From: Takakia lepidozioides
Lineage: Eukaryota > Plantae > Bryophyta
NCBI GenBank assembly: GCA_030704615.1
Contig: CM060731.1
Coordinates: 25,916,001-25,980,000 of the forward strand
Reading direction: 5' to 3'
DNA: 64,000 nucleotides
The notes beneath the pieces are model-generated. The model was not told the origin of the DNA, made no database searches, and saw only the letters and a list, made by a program, of their open reading frames with translations. Every line of letters begins with the position of its first letter. Within the stretch, counting starts at the first letter, position 1. The position numbers were made by a program, and so were the translations under genes. Positions 60,560-64,000 of this stretch are shown here, piece by piece.

Positions 60560-63500
60560 GTAACTTGGGAAACTACTCAGGAAGCTTCTTTTGGAGGAAA
60601 CTTCTCCATTAAGATACCTCATTTGTTTAATGAAGCTTCTCCATCAAGAAACCTTTGTTTAATCTTGGAAACTTCTCCAGCAAGCAACCTCCATAGGGGA
60701 AGCTTCTTAGGGAAGCTTCTTAGTAGCCAGTATATATAGGAGGCGAGACTGGACACTTTTCAGTCTCACCAACACCAGTTCAAGTTACTCTTGTTTCCAG
60801 TTCCCAGTATTCCAGTCCAGTTCCTAGTACCCTAGCCCAGTTCCCAGTATCTGGTACTCTAGTCCAGTTTCCAGCATTCCAGTATTCAAGTCGTGTTCCA
60901 ATATCTTGTACTCTTGTTCATTGTTATAAAGATCGTCTTGATTCCTATTTACTCATCGTGCATTCGGCCACGCCGACCTTGACTTCTTGTCTAGCCTTGT
61001 ACCTCTAGTCTTATCTCTTGTTTGTGTTCAGTCATGTTCTCGTCCTTGACAGTTTGACGAGACTGTAGTTTGTTCCTTAGTTAGTTAAGATGGAAAGAAC
61101 ATTTGCGGAAATGGTCGCCACATTGCAGAGTCTTCAGCTCCAGTTGCAAGAACTTCGTGCCTCTACTGCCCAACTACAAGCTGATCAGTCTCAAGACCTT
61201 GACAATGCTCTCAACAATTTGCAACAACAAATTTCAAGTTGAAGGAATCGAACACTGGATCTTCAACCTTACGAGTCCCTACTACAACAAATCCTACTGC
61301 AACGGTTCCTCCAAATCTTCAACGGATTACAAGGGAACCAAAGGTCAGCATGCCCGAGAAATTTGATGGGACGAGATCAAGATTTCGCGGTTTTGTTCAA
61401 TAAGTACGATTGTTCCTACGACTACATCCACAACGCTACTCTGATGAAAGTATTCAAGTGGAATTCGTGGGCACCCTTCTATCAGGCACTGCCCTATCTT
61501 GGTTTGCACCGCTATTAGAGAGAAATTTGCATTTACTATACAATTTTGAAGCATTCATGTCCGAGTTCACTGTAACATTTGGAGAGAATGATAGAGAGAG
61601 AGTTGCAGAGACAAAGATGCGAAATCTTCGACAAGGAGCACGTCCAGCTTCCGTTTATGCTGCCGAATTTCGACAACTTGCGTGCGATCTTGACTGGAAT
61701 GAGAAGAGCCTCATTAGTCAGTTTCGATGTGGCCTAAAATATGATGTTAAAGATTTGTTGCTGACAATGCCAAACGTGAGTACACTGAGCGAATTCATCA
61801 CCCAAGTCATTGCATTCGATAATCGTGTTCGAAAGACGTCAAGAGAAGCGACCTGGATGGTCGACGACGCACCATGCCGCTGCTACTACGGCACCAAATA
61901 CAACGATCCATCAGACATCCGGTAATGATCCTATGCAAATTGATGTTGTCCGATTCAAGCCATTGACGCCACATGAAAAACAAAGACGGCGCTCGAATGG
62001 ATTATGCCTTTATTGCGGAGAAAATGATCACATGGCATTAAACTGCCCCAACAAGAGAAGATTCAAAGCTCGGGGCACCATTCAAGTGTTCGATACGAGG
62101 AGGTCGGAAAACGAAGATGTCCAGTCACAGTAGGGACCATGCGGCTGGACACCCCAAATTCCTCACCAAAAAAAAATCTTCTTCTACCTCCAGACCCTGT
62201 ATTTTGTTTCACAGTTCCAGTAAAGATCAGGATGCAAAATCGAGATATCTCCGTAGAAGCACTTTTGGACTCGGGCGCTTCAGCGTGTTTTATTGACAAA
62301 GACTTTGCGAAGCAACACAATTTAACGCTCGTAAGAAAGACCATGTTGAAGTTATCGATGGACGACCGTTAGCATCAGGAAATGTTGACCATGAAACTCG
62401 ACCCATTGAAGTGAAGCTTAAAAATCAAGCATCACAGATTGTTTTCAATGTCATCCAATCTCCAACAAATCCTGTGATCCTTGGACTTCCCTGGTTTGTA
62501 CTTCATAATCATGACATCGACTCGCAATCACGAAAAATTTCGGCAAGACAAAAATGCAAAAGTACCAAAGATATTCAACCCCTGTTTCTTGGAGCTAGAG
62601 CCTTCATGAGAGCTACCAAAAAGGAGGCACTTTATGCGACTCCGATCAAGACCACAACAGACAAAGGTACTTCAACATTACCCGCTCAATATCAAGATTT
62701 CAAAGATGTCTTCGAGAAGAAAAATGCAGACATATTGCCAGAACATCGACCTTATGACTGTGCAATTGAGTTACAAGAAGGAGCCCAACCACCATTCGGC
62801 CCAATCTATAACTTATCCCAGACAGAGTTGGCTGCATTACGCGAATACATTGATGAAAATTATCAAAGCACTTCATCTGACATTCCACATCACCCGCGGG
62901 GGCGCCTATCTTGTTTATGAAAAAGAAGGATGGATCATTACGCATGTGTGTCGACTATCGCGGTCTCAACAAAGTCACAATCAAGAATCGTTATCCGTTG
63001 CCGCTGATTCTGGGCTTCTCGACCAGCTGGGACGAGCGAAGATTTTCACCAAAATCGATTTGAGAGGAGCTTATAATCTTGTACGGATAAAAGAAGGAGA
63101 CGAATGGAAAACAACTTTTCGAACAAGGTATGGACATTTTAAATACAATGTTATGCCTTTCGGTCTTACAAATGCTCCAGCAATTTTCCAACATATGATG
63201 AATGACATCTTTCGAGAATTTTTAGATGACTTTGTAGTCATCTATTTGGACGACATTTTGATATTTTCACAGAACGAAGAAGAACATGGCTACCATGTAC
63301 GCCTTGTCCTTGATAAATTAAGAGAAAGAGGACTATATGCCAAGTTGGAGAAATGTATTTTCTATCAATCTGAGGTCGAATTTCTGGGCTACATTATTTC
63401 CGACAAAGACGTCTTTATGGATCAGAAGAAAATACAAACCATCATCGAGTGAATTAAACCAACTTCGGTCCGAGATGTACAATGTTTTCTGGGTTTTGCA

Positions 63501-64000
63501 AATTTCTATAGAATCTTCATCAATGACTACTCCAAAATTGCTGCACCATTGACACGACTTACAGGGAAGGACAAATTTGTATGGGACGAGAAGGCTGACC
63601 AAGGCTGACAGGCTGAAGCAGGCGTTTACAACAGCTCCAATACTGGTACATGCAGACCCATCTAAACCATTCTTCTTAGAAGCAGATGCATCGGACTTTG
63701 CACTTGGCGCGGTACTCTCACAATACGGTACAGATAGCCGACTCCACCCTGTTGGTTTTCGTTCTCGCAAATTTTTCGCTGCGGAGATCAATTATGAAAT
63801 CCATGACAAAGAACTTCTAGCGATTATCGATGCTTTTGAATAGTGGCATCATCTATTGGAGGGAGCTAAACATCAGGTCACTATCTATACCGATCACAAA
63901 AACTTCGAATATGAATGCTCGTGTTTTGAATCGACGTCAAGCGAGATGGACTATGTCACTAGCAAGGTTTGATTTTGTTAATACCTACCGTCCCGGACAT
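60560..64000 (+). mobile_element. Ty3/Gypsy chromovirus (Tcn1/Tf1-like): 5' LTR ending at 61051, gag (61090-62133), pol PR-RT-RH running off the window; degenerate
   Basis: LTR TATATATA at 60731 and end ...CTTGACA; gag EPKVSMPEKFDG, LSGTALSWF, DPMQID, CLYCGENDHMALNC; protease LLDSGAS; [27 protein letters not shown]; RH ADASDFALG, NYEIHDKELLA; frameshifts and stops. LTR 5' boundary uncertain. Confidence 0.93.

Overview
Eukaryotic nuclear DNA from a land plant, most likely a non-seed plant such as a bryophyte (inferred from the Tcn1/Tf1-type chromovirus, the AHK5-like kinase and the intron style). Four protein-coding genes could be reconstructed by hand: an intronless SAUR-family gene (-, 7457-7867), ATG101 (-, 7 exons, 219 aa), a gamma-tubulin complex component 6 (GCP6) gene head-to-head with ATG101 (+, 15205-27029, with one U12-type and one GC-AG intron), and an AHK5/CKI2-like PAS-HisKA-HATPase-receiver hybrid histidine kinase (+, 9 exons, 970 aa). 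The rest is transposon-rich. It holds a decayed CACTA transposase, several CAGTG-terminated hAT-like MITEs, a TTAA-flanked piggyBac-like MITE, tRNA-derived SINE heads and LINE 3' fragments. From about 49 kb to the end there is an LTR cluster: a truncated Copia fused to a Gypsy RNaseH-integrase with long accessory ORFs, two orphan ORFs, and a Tcn1/Tf1-like chromovirus with a candidate self-priming PBS and a -1 frameshift signal. No CRISPR array, rRNA or intact tRNA was found. I see no unambiguous new biological system; the best leads are the piggyBac-like element, the 5-bp-TSD CAGTG element, the self-priming retroelement and the orphan/accessory ORFs. All family assignments rest on remembered motifs, not database searches.
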